NCBI GenBank assembly: GCA_048884785.1
Contig: JBHLQM010000045.1
Span: forward strand, 1 to 29,758
From: Candidatus Thorarchaeota archaeon
Lineage (GTDB): Archaea > Asgardarchaeota > Thorarchaeia > Thorarchaeales > Thorarchaeaceae
Reading direction: 5' to 3'
Length of the DNA: 29,758 bases
The position numbers were made by a program, and so were the translations under genes. Numbering within the stretch: position 1 is the first letter of the stretch; the number at the start of each line of letters is the position of its first letter. The notes beneath the pieces are model-generated. The model saw only the letters and a program-made list of their open reading frames with translations. It was not told the DNA's origin and made no database searches. Of the stretch, positions 8,781-17,753 are shown piece after piece.

Positions 8781-9260
8781 ATGGCAGATACGAATGACAA
8801 ACGCAGGGATTTGGAAGAGGAAGTATTCAAGACACTGAGCCACCAGGTAAGACGGGATATTCTCAGGGTCATTGGCGAATCAAAAGGGGCAAAGTTCACA
8901 GAAATCAAGAATGCGACCGGGATTACTGAGAGTGCATCTCTCTCCTACCATCTAAGTGCATTGTCACCCCTGCTGAGTCATGAACAAGACCTCTACAAAC
9001 TGTCAGGTCTTGGGCGGGACACCTATTCTCTGATGAACAAGCTAGCATTACACTCTACTTCTGCAGAGATGCTTGGCGTTGTAGGTAGAAAACTAGGTGC
9101 GACTATCACTGCGAATAGTCTAATGTGGACATCAGCAATTCTGTACTTGTATGTCGCTGAAGGACCAATGGAATTCCTAACGCTGCTCGTCTTTGTTTCC
9201 CTGTTTTCTGTCAGCAACCTCATACTCTACTCCATTGTTCAGTATACTCAGGGCAGGTAG
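8781..9260 (+). CDS. Membrane-tethered ArsR-like winged-HTH regulator (2 TM)
   Basis: VFKTLSHQVRRDILRVI...FTEIK..GITESASLSYHLSAL..L......YKLSGLG, followed by two C-terminal hydrophobic helices. Confidence 0.8.
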   Translation: MADTNDKRRDLEEEVFKTLSHQVRRDILRVIGESKGAKFTEIKNATGITESASLSYHLSALSPLLSHEQDLYKLSGLGRDTYSLMNKLALHSTSAEMLGVVGRKLGATITANSLMWTSAILYLYVAEGPMEFLTLLVFVSLFSVSNLILYSIVQYTQGR

Positions 9261-9427
9261 CTAAGCATAATGCATGCCATCCCTATCTTGGCAAGTCATC
9301 ATCTACTGAACCAGCATGCCAAAAATTGCGTTGATTGAAACAATATGTGACCCTAATTTGTGACTTTAGATTAAATACAGACTGAATCCTAGCAACGGGC
9401 ATCGGGATATGCGAGATTGTGATACAA

Positions 9428-11500
9428 ATGGCGCATGAATCGAACATCAAGAAGCGAAGACCAACTGTCAGAGATATGATCACACGCTCCTTCTATTATA
9501 GACCAAGCATTTCTCCTGATGGTAAAAAGGTCGCGTATACCAAAATCAACCTTGATTTAAGTAAGAATGGTTTGTTTGGCAAGTTCTACATCTACGATGT
9601 GGACACCAAGAAGACTCACCATGTTTTTGCTGATGGATCAGAAATTCGTTGGATAGATGATAACACATTTGCTGTAAACAGACATGCAGCATCTGGAAAT
9701 CCCAGGTGGTCTGACATTTGTCTTGTTAATGGCATGGTGGGTGAAGGAATCAGGATTTTTGAGCATAGCTCCAGAATTAGTGATTATTCACCTTATGGGG
9801 ATGGTTTCATTGTCTTATGTTCCAAAAACATGGAGAGATCTCATATCGGGGATTTTGTTCATGTTGAGAACGAACTGCCCCAGAATGCGTTGTACTATGT
9901 GAGTACACAGCGGGTTATAGACCGAAAAGAACAGGACCGATTGCATTTTCAAAAGGAGAACTACACTAGTCCACTCTGTCAGTTTGAGATTACTAGTAGA
10001 CTTGCTCCTCAGATTCAAATCAATTCCTTTATTGTTTCTCCGAAGACAAACTCAGTTTACCTCAATTGTCAGCGTGGTGCTGACTTGTACTATGAATATG
10101 AGACTGTCTGCTTCAAAATGGAATTGGATCCTGAATCAGTTTTCATTCAGGCAGAACGGACCTCCCTTGAAGAATCTCTCTCTGAGCTGTCATTCCAGGA
10201 GCTAGCTCTGCCCAAGGGCTTCATGATAAAAGCTGTATCACCTGATGGTAGCATGCTTCTCCTTGGTGGACCTGTACCCGGTGCCTATGTTCAACCAAGC
10301 GACGATCTTTGGCTCATTTCTGAAGCAGACGCATGCAGACCGAAGAATGAGGATAATCCCCTTGAGAATCTGAAACTGATCTCAGAAAAACTCGATCGAA
10401 GACCTGAAGATATTCACTGGACAGCCAAGGGCATCTTTGTGACTCACTGGGAAGAGAGCACCATAGTAATAACAAGGCTCTCTGAATCAGGAGATATCGA
10501 AACATATGACTTGGGAAAGGTCTCGCCTAGAGGAGAATTCAGCATTAATGATAATGGTGAGTTTGCATTTGGTGGCTTTTCGCCAATAGCTATGTCTGAA
10601 GTTTATTATGGAACACTTGGAGATGAGAAACCGACTATTGAGCGAATCACTAGGAACACTGAGGATTTTGCACATCTTGATTTTGGTACTGTCGAGTCAA
10701 TAAGATGGACTAGCAAAGACGGAACTGAGATTCAAGGTGTTCTTCGAAAACCATCAGACTTCGATCCGACGAAGAAGTACCCTCTTGTTCTCTATCCACA
10801 TGGAGGACCACGAAACTCTTCATATCTATCCCTTATTGATAACGAGTTTGCACATCCTGTAAGTTCTTTGGTTGCGAAGGGTGTGCTTGTATTAGAGCCA
10901 AATTACCGGGGTAGTGTTGGACGAGGTCGAGATTTCATGAACTTGAATCATGGTAATCTCGGGAGTCATGACCTCTGGGATTTGGAATCGGGAATCGACT
11001 ATCTGATTGAACAGGGATTTGTAGATCCGAGTAAGATTGGCAGTATGGGCGGGAGTCAAGGTGGTTATCTAAGTGCGTACATCGCAATGCACACGGATAG
11101 ATGTGCAGCTGTTTCAGTCTTTGCAGGGGTAAGCAGCTGGTATCTATACTATATTGGGTCAGATGCTAGGCATACTGTTCATCTTGATGGTAGTCCCTTC
11201 GAAGCTGAACATAGAGAAGGGTACATCAAGAGCGCTCCGATTGCTGCCATTGAAACAGCGAAGACACCCATGTTGTTGCATCATGGTGAGAAAGATGAAC
11301 GCATAACTGTGGTCAGCGCTCAGGAAATGTATCGGGCATTGAAAGATAAGGGCGTTCATACCGAGCTGTTTGTCCTTCCAGGAAAAGGGCATGGGTTCAT
11401 CCATCCCTGCGAGAACTATGCGATAAGTCTTCATACGTATCGTTGGTTCTGCCATTATCTTCTTGGAGAGGAATTAGACCTCTTCAAGGATGACTTCTAG
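9428..11500 (+). CDS. S9 family peptidase (acylaminoacyl/dipeptidyl aminopeptidase type)
   Basis: ISPDGKKVAY beta-propeller start, HGGP, GGSQGG nucleophile elbow, DERI (Asp) and GHGF (His). Confidence 0.92.
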   Translation: MAHESNIKKRRPTVRDMITRSFYYRPSISPDGKKVAYTKINLDLSKNGLFGKFYIYDVDTKKTHHVFADGSEIRWIDDNTFAVNRHAASGNPRWSDICLVNGMVGEGIRIFEHSSRISDYSPYGDGFIVLCSKNMERSHIGDFVHVENELPQNALYYVSTQRVIDRKEQDRLHFQKENYTSPLCQFEITSRLAPQIQINSFIVSPKTNSVYLNCQRGADLYYEYETVCFKMELDPESVFIQAERTSLEESLSELSFQELALPKGFMIKAVSPDGSMLLLGGPVPGAYVQPSDDLWLISEADACRPKNEDNPLENLKLISEKLDRRPEDIHWTAKGIFVTHWEESTIVITRLSESGDIETYDLGKVSPRGEFSINDNGEFAFGGFSPIAMSEVYYGTLGDEKPTIERITRNTEDFAHLDFGTVESIRWTSKDGTEIQGVLRKPSDFDPTKKYPLVLYPHGGPRNSSYLSLIDNEFAHPVSSLVAKGVLVLEPNYRGSVGRGRDFMNLNHGNLGSHDLWDLESGIDYLIEQGFVDPSKIGSMGGSQGGYLSAYIAMHTDRCAAVSVFAGVSSWYLYYIGSDARHTVHLDGSPFEAEHREGYIKSAPIAAIETAKTPMLLHHGEKDERITVVSAQEMYRALKDKGVHTELFVLPGKGHGFIHPCENYAISLHTYRWFCHYLLGEELDLFKDDF

Positions 11501-11634
11501 TGTGCATCTTGAAAAACATCTTGGCAGTTCCTGTCGATTGGATAGATGAAGTCTGAGATGCGATAGAGAACAGCATCTCCCAGTTAGTAGATTAATATAC
11601 AGGATTGAGATGTTTTCAGTATAGGTGTGAGAAA

Positions 11635-12477
11635 GTGGGAAAACTTGACAATAGGGTTGCTATAGTCACTGGTGGTGCAAGTGGAATCGGCAAAGCAACG
11701 GCAGAGCTATTCGTAAAGGAAGGAGCAAAGGTAATGATTGCCGACATTCAGGCTGAGGAGGGTCAGAAACTTGCTGAGGCACTTGGCGATAATGTTTCCT
11801 TCGTATTCGCAGATGTTAGCGTCGAAGATGATGTAAAGAACATGGTCGAGTCTGCCGTGGAGCTTTATGGTCGTTTGGACTGTATAGTCAATAATGCAGG
11901 TATGGGTGGGATTCAAGGAGAGATCGAGTCCATACCCGTTGAAGGCTTTGATAAGACGATGGCAATCTTGCTTCGTGGCGTATTCCTAGGGATGAAGCAT
12001 GCAGTACCTGTGATGAAACGCCAGGGTTCTGGAAACATAGTCAACATCTCAAGCATCGCTGGACTCAGAGGAATTTCGCAAAATCACCCGTACAGTGCTG
12101 CAAAAGCTGCCGTAATTCAACTGACACGAACTGCTGCAATGGAGCTGGCATATTTCAAGATACGTGTGAACTGTATCTGTCCTGGTGTGATTTTGACTGC
12201 AATATTTGGAAAATCAAAAGAGATGTCAAATGAGGCCATAGAAGAGAAATACGAGAACTTGAAACATCTATTTGATAGAGCTCAACCAATCAAACGTGCA
12301 GGCCTTCCTGAAGATATTGCCAATGCGGTTCTCTGGTTGGCAAGTGATGATTCAAGCTTTGTCACTGGGCATGCATTAGTGGTGGATGGAGGTCAGAGCG
12401 CGGGTCAGCCTTGGTCAGGTCAGATGAAATGGACGGCCGCAATCGAATCTGCTCTTGGTTTGGGACCATCAGACTAG
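11635..12477 (+). CDS. Classical SDR oxidoreductase
   Basis: TGGASGIG, NNAG, YSAAK, IRVNCICPG and VDGG motifs. GTG 11635 is preceded by an AGGTG SD-like sequence. Confidence 0.93.
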   Translation: MGKLDNRVAIVTGGASGIGKATAELFVKEGAKVMIADIQAEEGQKLAEALGDNVSFVFADVSVEDDVKNMVESAVELYGRLDCIVNNAGMGGIQGEIESIPVEGFDKTMAILLRGVFLGMKHAVPVMKRQGSGNIVNISSIAGLRGISQNHPYSAAKAAVIQLTRTAAMELAYFKIRVNCICPGVILTAIFGKSKEMSNEAIEEKYENLKHLFDRAQPIKRAGLPEDIANAVLWLASDDSSFVTGHALVVDGGQSAGQPWSGQMKWTAAIESALGLGPSD

Positions 12478-12557
12478 CCCGTGCATGCAGTATGCAAATC
12501 GCTTGCCGATGCAAAAGACTAATCTCAGAGTTACTCTATAATTCATGTTCAGGTTGA

Positions 12558-14114
12558 ATGGGCAAGGAAACGCGGGTTGTGGTTTCGGTGGAGTATATCC
12601 GAAAGATTCGGGAGGAATTCTGGGACAAGAATATGTTTCAGTCTTGGGACATCGTAGATAAGAGGTTGACTAAGGCATTTACTGGTGATGCCAACTATCC
12701 AACGCTCTATCATCCCTGTACCATGAAGCAGAATCTATTGCGAGAGTTGATACCCTCTTCTCTTAGCATCGAAGAAGTTCTTGAGATGGTAAACCTCAGG
12801 CAAAAAGAGATTGCACGAAGGCTAAATATATCTAAACTTCCAAGTGATAGGCCCTCTGGCTGGTTGGGACAAACTGCATTATTCGAGGTTCTAAGGGACA
12901 AGGGATTTGATTTCAAGAGCTATGTTCAAGATTGGCCAACTCAATGGTTTAAATCACAAAGCTACGGCTACATGCTTCTCATGATTCTGGGCTATTTGAC
13001 ATACATTAGGAGTTTCTTTGGTGTTCAGCCGCTCGATCTTGTGAAGGAGATTATTGAACCAATCACGGACTATCAGTTCGCAATGTCTTGGGATGAGAGC
13101 TGGGTGCAAAGGGTTCTACACAATGTCATATCAGTAACCCCTAACTACCTTCCCAATAAGCACATACACAAGGTTATCGATGAGTTGATGACGGTTCAAG
13201 ATGGATGGGGCGCAACAGTAAGTAGAGTGATGGAATGGACCGGTCTCTCGCGTGAGGAAGCAACACACATACGCAATGTAATTCGAACAGGATGGTGTGA
13301 GCATCGCTGGCGGATAGTATCCAAGAATACCGGTACAGTCAAGGTTCTGACCAAAAGCAAGTCAAAATGGAAGGAAATCCCCTCCTTCTTCACGGTCTGC
13401 ACTTCACTAAAAGATGATGAGGATTACTTCATATCAACCACTGACGTGTCTAGGAATGATGCCGAAGGACGATATTACGAGTGGGAAGGGTTTAACACAA
13501 ATGTCAAGCTCTTTGACCTTAAGGATCAAGTGTGGAAACTGAATCCGTCATCATACGCTGCCCAAACAGTCAATGACATCTACGCCCTGATTCAGAATGG
13601 GGAGCATACCATCCCTAACAACGATATCCCTCCGACCAATCGTGACTTCTTCTTCATTGCACTACTTCTCGCGATGAACACGTCTAATCATATTAAGAAA
13701 AGAGAAGAAACCATGGATTGGCTCACCACCGGGTACGGGGTTCCAAAAAAGGAGGCTGAGCATGGTTATAGAAATGTCATGCGGAAAAACCTTCTTCGGA
13801 ATCAACATACACACTATGCCATCATGGGTCCAGAGAGAGAAATGCTTACCATTCTCTTCGATGGAAAGAACAAGAATGTAATACCCTTCCTTGGTGAGGT
13901 CCTTCCCAACCTTCCCCTATTCTGGCTAAAGACGGATTTGGACATGAGCTGCGGTCATCTTTTCGAACATCACCCTACCTACCTCTCAGGGGAGATTCGA
14001 CATCTGATTGATTCATCAATGAAGGAACACGATGTAGACGGTGAGACATTCATTACCAAGTCATGGGCCTTTGGTTTTCCTGGTAGTATTCTTCGATTGG
14101 TTGCTGATGAATGA
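12558..14114 (+). CDS. Hypothetical protein, paralog A; putative tandem wHTH/Lrp-AsnC-like regulator
   Basis: 518-aa ORF collinear with 14719-16251. Two HTH-like segments (ATVSRVMEWTGLSREEATHIRNVIR; PTNRDFFFIALL...LTTGYGVPKKEAEHGYRNVMRKNLL), each followed by a beta/alpha segment. The function is inferred. Confidence 0.6.
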   Translation: MGKETRVVVSVEYIRKIREEFWDKNMFQSWDIVDKRLTKAFTGDANYPTLYHPCTMKQNLLRELIPSSLSIEEVLEMVNLRQKEIARRLNISKLPSDRPSGWLGQTALFEVLRDKGFDFKSYVQDWPTQWFKSQSYGYMLLMILGYLTYIRSFFGVQPLDLVKEIIEPITDYQFAMSWDESWVQRVLHNVISVTPNYLPNKHIHKVIDELMTVQDGWGATVSRVMEWTGLSREEATHIRNVIRTGWCEHRWRIVSKNTGTVKVLTKSKSKWKEIPSFFTVCTSLKDDEDYFISTTDVSRNDAEGRYYEWEGFNTNVKLFDLKDQVWKLNPSSYAAQTVNDIYALIQNGEHTIPNNDIPPTNRDFFFIALLLAMNTSNHIKKREETMDWLTTGYGVPKKEAEHGYRNVMRKNLLRNQHTHYAIMGPEREMLTILFDGKNKNVIPFLGEVLPNLPLFWLKTDLDMSCGHLFEHHPTYLSGEIRHLIDSSMKEHDVDGETFITKSWAFGFPGSILRLVADE

Positions 14115-14248
14115 AACACGGCAAATGGTATTGGAGTACCCCGTCAGGAAGAATTATGCAAACATGTACCTGAGGAACAGATTTCTCTTAGGCTTTGGAG
14201 GCTGTTCGGGACAAATGAGCTCCGCAAAGAGTCCTAACTCATCCGTCA

Positions 14249-14344
14249 TTTATATACTGCTTGGTAATTGGGGATACTATAATCCTTCTTTTATAAAATT
14301 GAGATATAATAGGGGAATAAAATTCGATAATAATACAGTTATTT
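14249..14344 (+). promoter_or_regulatory. TATA-box promoter + conserved leader element, copy 1
   Basis: TTTATATA (14249-56), 21 nt, TATAATCCTTCTTTTATAAAA, ATATAATAG, ATAA, AGTTATTT. Aligns without gaps to 17646-17741. Confidence 0.65.
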
Positions 14345-14400
14345 CTAAAGTGGTTCTATTATTACATCGAAATTTTGACTCGAAGAAGGTGATATGAAAT

Positions 14401-14607
14401 ATGGAGGTTGCTGTTGTTTCTAAGGTCCGGTCTGCTTTTGAAGAAGTCAAGACTACAATAAAGCGGCTCATTGTTCCTGAGATCAAGTATGATGAAGCTG
14501 CGCGAGCGTATCGCTGTGCAATTGCATCTGAAAAAGCTCTGAGAGATCTAGAGGACATAAAGTCTGCCAGAAGAGGGGATTCCTATCGTCAAGGGTTCCT
14601 TCGCTAA
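14401..14607 (+). CDS. Small hypothetical protein (68 aa, charged, probably helical)
   Basis: GAAGGTGA SD 8 nt before the ATG; lies downstream of a strong TATA box and fills the gap between the paralogs. Confidence 0.65.
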   Translation: MEVAVVSKVRSAFEEVKTTIKRLIVPEIKYDEAARAYRCAIASEKALRDLEDIKSARRGDSYRQGFLR

Positions 14608-14613
14608 AATCCT

Positions 14614-14697
14614 GTTGGTTCAAACTCGAAGGTTGGTAAGGTGGTTTCTCGGTCCGCCTGTAACTTGGAATGAAGAACAGCCTTCGAGTTTGCCAGT
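14614..14697 (+). other. Long stem-loop / multi-branch RNA structure (3' UTR or intercistronic element)
   Basis: CAAACTCGAAGG (14621-32) is the exact reverse complement of CCTTCGAGTTTG (14681-92), extendable on both sides with G-U pairs; inner hairpin AGGTGG/CCGCCT. Confidence 0.6.
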
Positions 14698-14718
14698 CTT
14701 TCTCACATTCTCATAAAG

Positions 14719-16251
14719 ATGAGGAAGGTGGTTACGTTCCAATTGGACTATATTCAGCCCATCAAGAAGGAATTTCAGGACAAGACTCTGTTCCAGACTT
14801 GGGAGATGGTACACAAGCGAGCCTATGATATCAAAGCCACCCTCTTACATCCTTGTAGCATGAAGCATGAACACCTACGAAAACTGATTCCCAAGAGCTT
14901 TCCACTAAGGGAAGTATTGGAGTTGCTGCCTCTGCAACAGAAACAAATCGCCAGACGTCTTAATATCCCAATGCTACCTTCCGACAGATCGTCTGGTCTA
15001 TTAGGGCAGAGCGCATTATTCGAGATTCTGAGGAATAGGGGGTATGATTTCAGGAGCTATCTTGACAATTTCATTCAACAACGATATGAGGCGCAGCTAG
15101 AAGGTCATGTTCTTCTCTTTACACTTGGTTATTTGTACTATATCAGGAGGTACTTTGGATATCCTCCGATTGATTTGGTGAAGTATCTTATCGAGTCAAT
15201 CTCCAACTTCCAACTTGTTATGGTCTGGGATGAGAACTGGTACGCAAGGATAATGAATAACGTAGCAAGTGTAACTCCCAACAACCTGCCGAAGAAGCAC
15301 ATAAATCAGGTCATCAGAAAGCTGGTAAGATTGCAGGATGGATGGGGGGCAACAGTCACTCGCGTCATGGAATGGACTGGGCTTCCGCGGGCTGATGCAA
15401 CACACATCTTGGACCTCATTAGGGCTGGAAGGGTAGAGCATCGATATCGAATAGTTTCCAAGAACACAGGGACTGTGAAGGTTCTAGCAAAGAGTAGAGC
15501 TAGATGGAAGTCAATTCCCTCCTTTTTCTCATATTGCTCATCTCTAAACGATGGGGAAGATTACTTCATCTCCGTGACTGATATCTTCAAGAATGAGGCG
15601 GATGGTAAGTACTTCGATATCGAAGCGATGAATACCAATATTGAGCTCTATGATATGCAAAATCAGGTGTGGACTCTTACTCCTCCAACTCAGGAATCAC
15701 GAAGTACTAATGACATCTATAGGATATTTCAGAATGGAGATCACACCATTCCCGATAATCTAATTCCACCTACGAATCGTGACATGTTTTTCATAGCGCT
15801 TCTCACAGCCATGAACACATCCCATCATTCCAAGAAGAATCAGGAAATAATGACATGCCTTACCAGAGGATACGAGATCACGAAAGAGGAAGCTGAGAAT
15901 GGGATTAGGAATGTGCTAAGGAAGAATCTACTAAGGAATCAATACACGCACTTTGCTATCATGGACATTGATAGGGAGTTCTACACGGTCATCTTCGATG
16001 ATAGGAGTAAGAGGACGATTCCATTTCTTGGCGCGATTCTTCCACAGCTACCTTTCTTTTGGATTCAGACCAATGGTGATATGGAGTATGGCCATATCTT
16101 CGAATATCATCCGTCATACCTTTCTTGTGATGTTCGATATATGGTTGAATCTGCTTTGCAGGAACATGATGTGAATGGTGAGCTCTTCGTAGTCAGGTCC
16201 TGGGGATTTGGCCATCCAGGAAGTATTCTGCAGCTCGTTGATGATGAATAG
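14719..16251 (+). CDS. Hypothetical protein, paralog B; putative tandem wHTH/Lrp-AsnC-like regulator
   Basis: Shares blocks with paralog A: HPCxMK, QKxIARRLNI, QDGWGATVxRVMEWTGL, RIVSKNTGTVKVL, IPPTNRD, RKNLLRNQxTH and SWxFGxPGSILxLVxDE. Confidence 0.6.
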   Translation: MRKVVTFQLDYIQPIKKEFQDKTLFQTWEMVHKRAYDIKATLLHPCSMKHEHLRKLIPKSFPLREVLELLPLQQKQIARRLNIPMLPSDRSSGLLGQSALFEILRNRGYDFRSYLDNFIQQRYEAQLEGHVLLFTLGYLYYIRRYFGYPPIDLVKYLIESISNFQLVMVWDENWYARIMNNVASVTPNNLPKKHINQVIRKLVRLQDGWGATVTRVMEWTGLPRADATHILDLIRAGRVEHRYRIVSKNTGTVKVLAKSRARWKSIPSFFSYCSSLNDGEDYFISVTDIFKNEADGKYFDIEAMNTNIELYDMQNQVWTLTPPTQESRSTNDIYRIFQNGDHTIPDNLIPPTNRDMFFIALLTAMNTSHHSKKNQEIMTCLTRGYEITKEEAENGIRNVLRKNLLRNQYTHFAIMDIDREFYTVIFDDRSKRTIPFLGAILPQLPFFWIQTNGDMEYGHIFEYHPSYLSCDVRYMVESALQEHDVNGELFVVRSWGFGHPGSILQLVDDE

Positions 16252-16253
16252 AA

Positions 16254-16631
16254 TCAAAACATTCCATTTTCATTCGGTGAGTCTTCTTCTAGAATATGAA
16301 CAATATCCCACATTTCTATAATCTTCCCTCTATCAATTCGAAAGATGTGGACTGTTGCAAAACCCAAAGCCTCGGGAGTATGCTTGATGTGAGAGTAGGT
16401 AGCTACTAGGTCTCCTTCCTCGATTATCATTTTGATATCCATTGACTTGTGAGGATGTTTCCTAGAATCTAATTCCATCGCCTCTAATAGCACGTTTCGG
16501 GTTCCTTCGAAGTACGGATTATGATGTACGAGTTCTTGACTTACATATTTGTCATATGCTTCTCTTACTTTTCCCGCTATAACGAGCTTGAGAAAGGATG
16601 TTGCGATCTCGTGGATTCCACTCTTTGACAT
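16254..16631 (-). CDS. SnoaL-like / NTF2-fold protein
   Basis: YV....HHNP, IIEEGDLVATYSH, VHIFRIDRGKIIEMWD and NENGMF end. Confidence 0.88.
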   Translation of the reverse strand: MSKSGIHEIATSFLKLVIAGKVREAYDKYVSQELVHHNPYFEGTRNVLLEAMELDSRKHPHKSMDIKMIIEEGDLVATYSHIKHTPEALGFATVHIFRIDRGKIIEMWDIVHILEEDSPNENGMF

Positions 16632-16674
16632 AACTATTGTTTATACAGCTCGAATAAAACAGTTTAGTATCGTC

Positions 16675-17454
16675 CTACGAATCCCATTTTAGGTATGAGT
16701 ACGGTTTGAAAGTATCGGCTTCGGCTTCTGCAAGGACCTTCCCTCTTAACATTGAAGTGTTTGCGACTGTGAATATCGCCCCTACCATCTTGACGACCTC
16801 AATTTCGTGCCAAGGATCATATTTCGATGGTTGGAACTTGATATCAGCAGGTCCAACTCTAACCATCCTTCGAGTATATGCTACAGGACTACTTATCAAA
16901 CGAGGTGGATAATCGAAACCATCACCATCATGTGCTGGAAAGTGCTTGAAGGCAAAGACCGTGTCTTCACCTTCACTGGGTCCGAGCTGCATCTCTACGG
17001 CTTCTTCTGCTGATATGGTCTTCATGATCTTGCTCGCTATCTCAACAACCTTGACTCCTTGCCGTTTTCCCCAGCCACTAGCACCTAGTTTTCCGCGTTT
17101 AAACTCGATCTCCGCCATCTTCTTTGGGTACCCGAACATCTCTCTTCCTAATGCCATAGCCATGTCGTTGTTTACATGCATGGCAAGAATGTATACTCCT
17201 ACTTCTCCCTTATACTTGCATACGAGCATAAGCGCTGTCTCATAATAGCTTATGCCAAAGTTTGTCTTTGGAAATTCGCATACATAGGCCCTTGCTATCG
17301 GCTTATCAAATGGCTCTAGCGGAGGTGGTAGTAACCTTTCTGCAATCTCCTGTTTGGTTTCCCAGACAACCGACAGGGTTTCGACATCATAGAAATTTGC
17401 AGAATCAATTCTATCAAAAAGCCGTTCCTCTTTAGAGGATTTTATGAACCTCAT
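16675..17454 (-). CDS. Acetoacetate decarboxylase-like (ADC superfamily) protein
   Basis: LLPPPLEP, YYETAL and GREMFGYPKK (Schiff-base lysine motif). Confidence 0.88.
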   Translation of the reverse strand: MRFIKSSKEERLFDRIDSANFYDVETLSVVWETKQEIAERLLPPPLEPFDKPIARAYVCEFPKTNFGISYYETALMLVCKYKGEVGVYILAMHVNNDMAMALGREMFGYPKKMAEIEFKRGKLGASGWGKRQGVKVVEIASKIMKTISAEEAVEMQLGPSEGEDTVFAFKHFPAHDGDGFDYPPRLISSPVAYTRRMVRVGPADIKFQPSKYDPWHEIEVVKMVGAIFTVANTSMLRGKVLAEAEADTFKPYSYLKWDS

Positions 17455-17645
17455 CTAGTCTCCTCTTTTTCTGATTTCTTTAGTTACTGTTAAGGCTTTG
17501 CACTATGTTGAAAGCAAGAAATGAAAGATTCGGTATTAGTATGAGTGAAGAACTGGCAAACATATACCACAGACTCCATCAATCTTGAGTAAAACGACAT
17601 TCTGAGAGGATATGGACGCTCTGAATCCTGCCATCTACTCGTTGC

Positions 17646-17741
17646 TTTATATATGTCATATGCAAAACGGCGACCATAACCCTTCTTTCATCAAACAATC
17701 ATCTAATAGCCATTTTAGTTCGAAGGATAACGAAGTTATTT
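17646..17741 (+). promoter_or_regulatory. TATA-box promoter + conserved leader element, copy 2
   Basis: TTTATATA (17646-53), 21 nt, CATAACCCTTCTTTCATCAAA, ATCTAATAG, ATAA, AGTTATTT; same spacing as 14249-14344. Confidence 0.65.
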
Positions 17742-17753
17742 TCCTATTGTGCC

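Noticed and set aside
14041-14397. 118-aa ORF (and the 77-aa ORF at 17612-17845) sharing the peptide NPSFIK
   Set aside because: Both span a TATA box and overlap real genes, and the similarity is better explained as a DNA/RNA element. Kept only as a weak alternative in the findings.
14394-14423. Mini-ORF MKYGGCCCF* with three consecutive Cys codons (possible Cys-sensing leader peptide)
   Set aside because: Its ATG is only 1 nt from the SD, it overlaps the better-spaced ATG 14401, and there are no cysteine-related genes nearby; probably chance.
14614-14697. SECIS element interpretation of the stem-loop
   Set aside because: There is no in-frame TGA readthrough candidate: the small ORF ends in TAA, and paralog A's TGA aligns with paralog B's TAG. 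No convincing SECIS core either.
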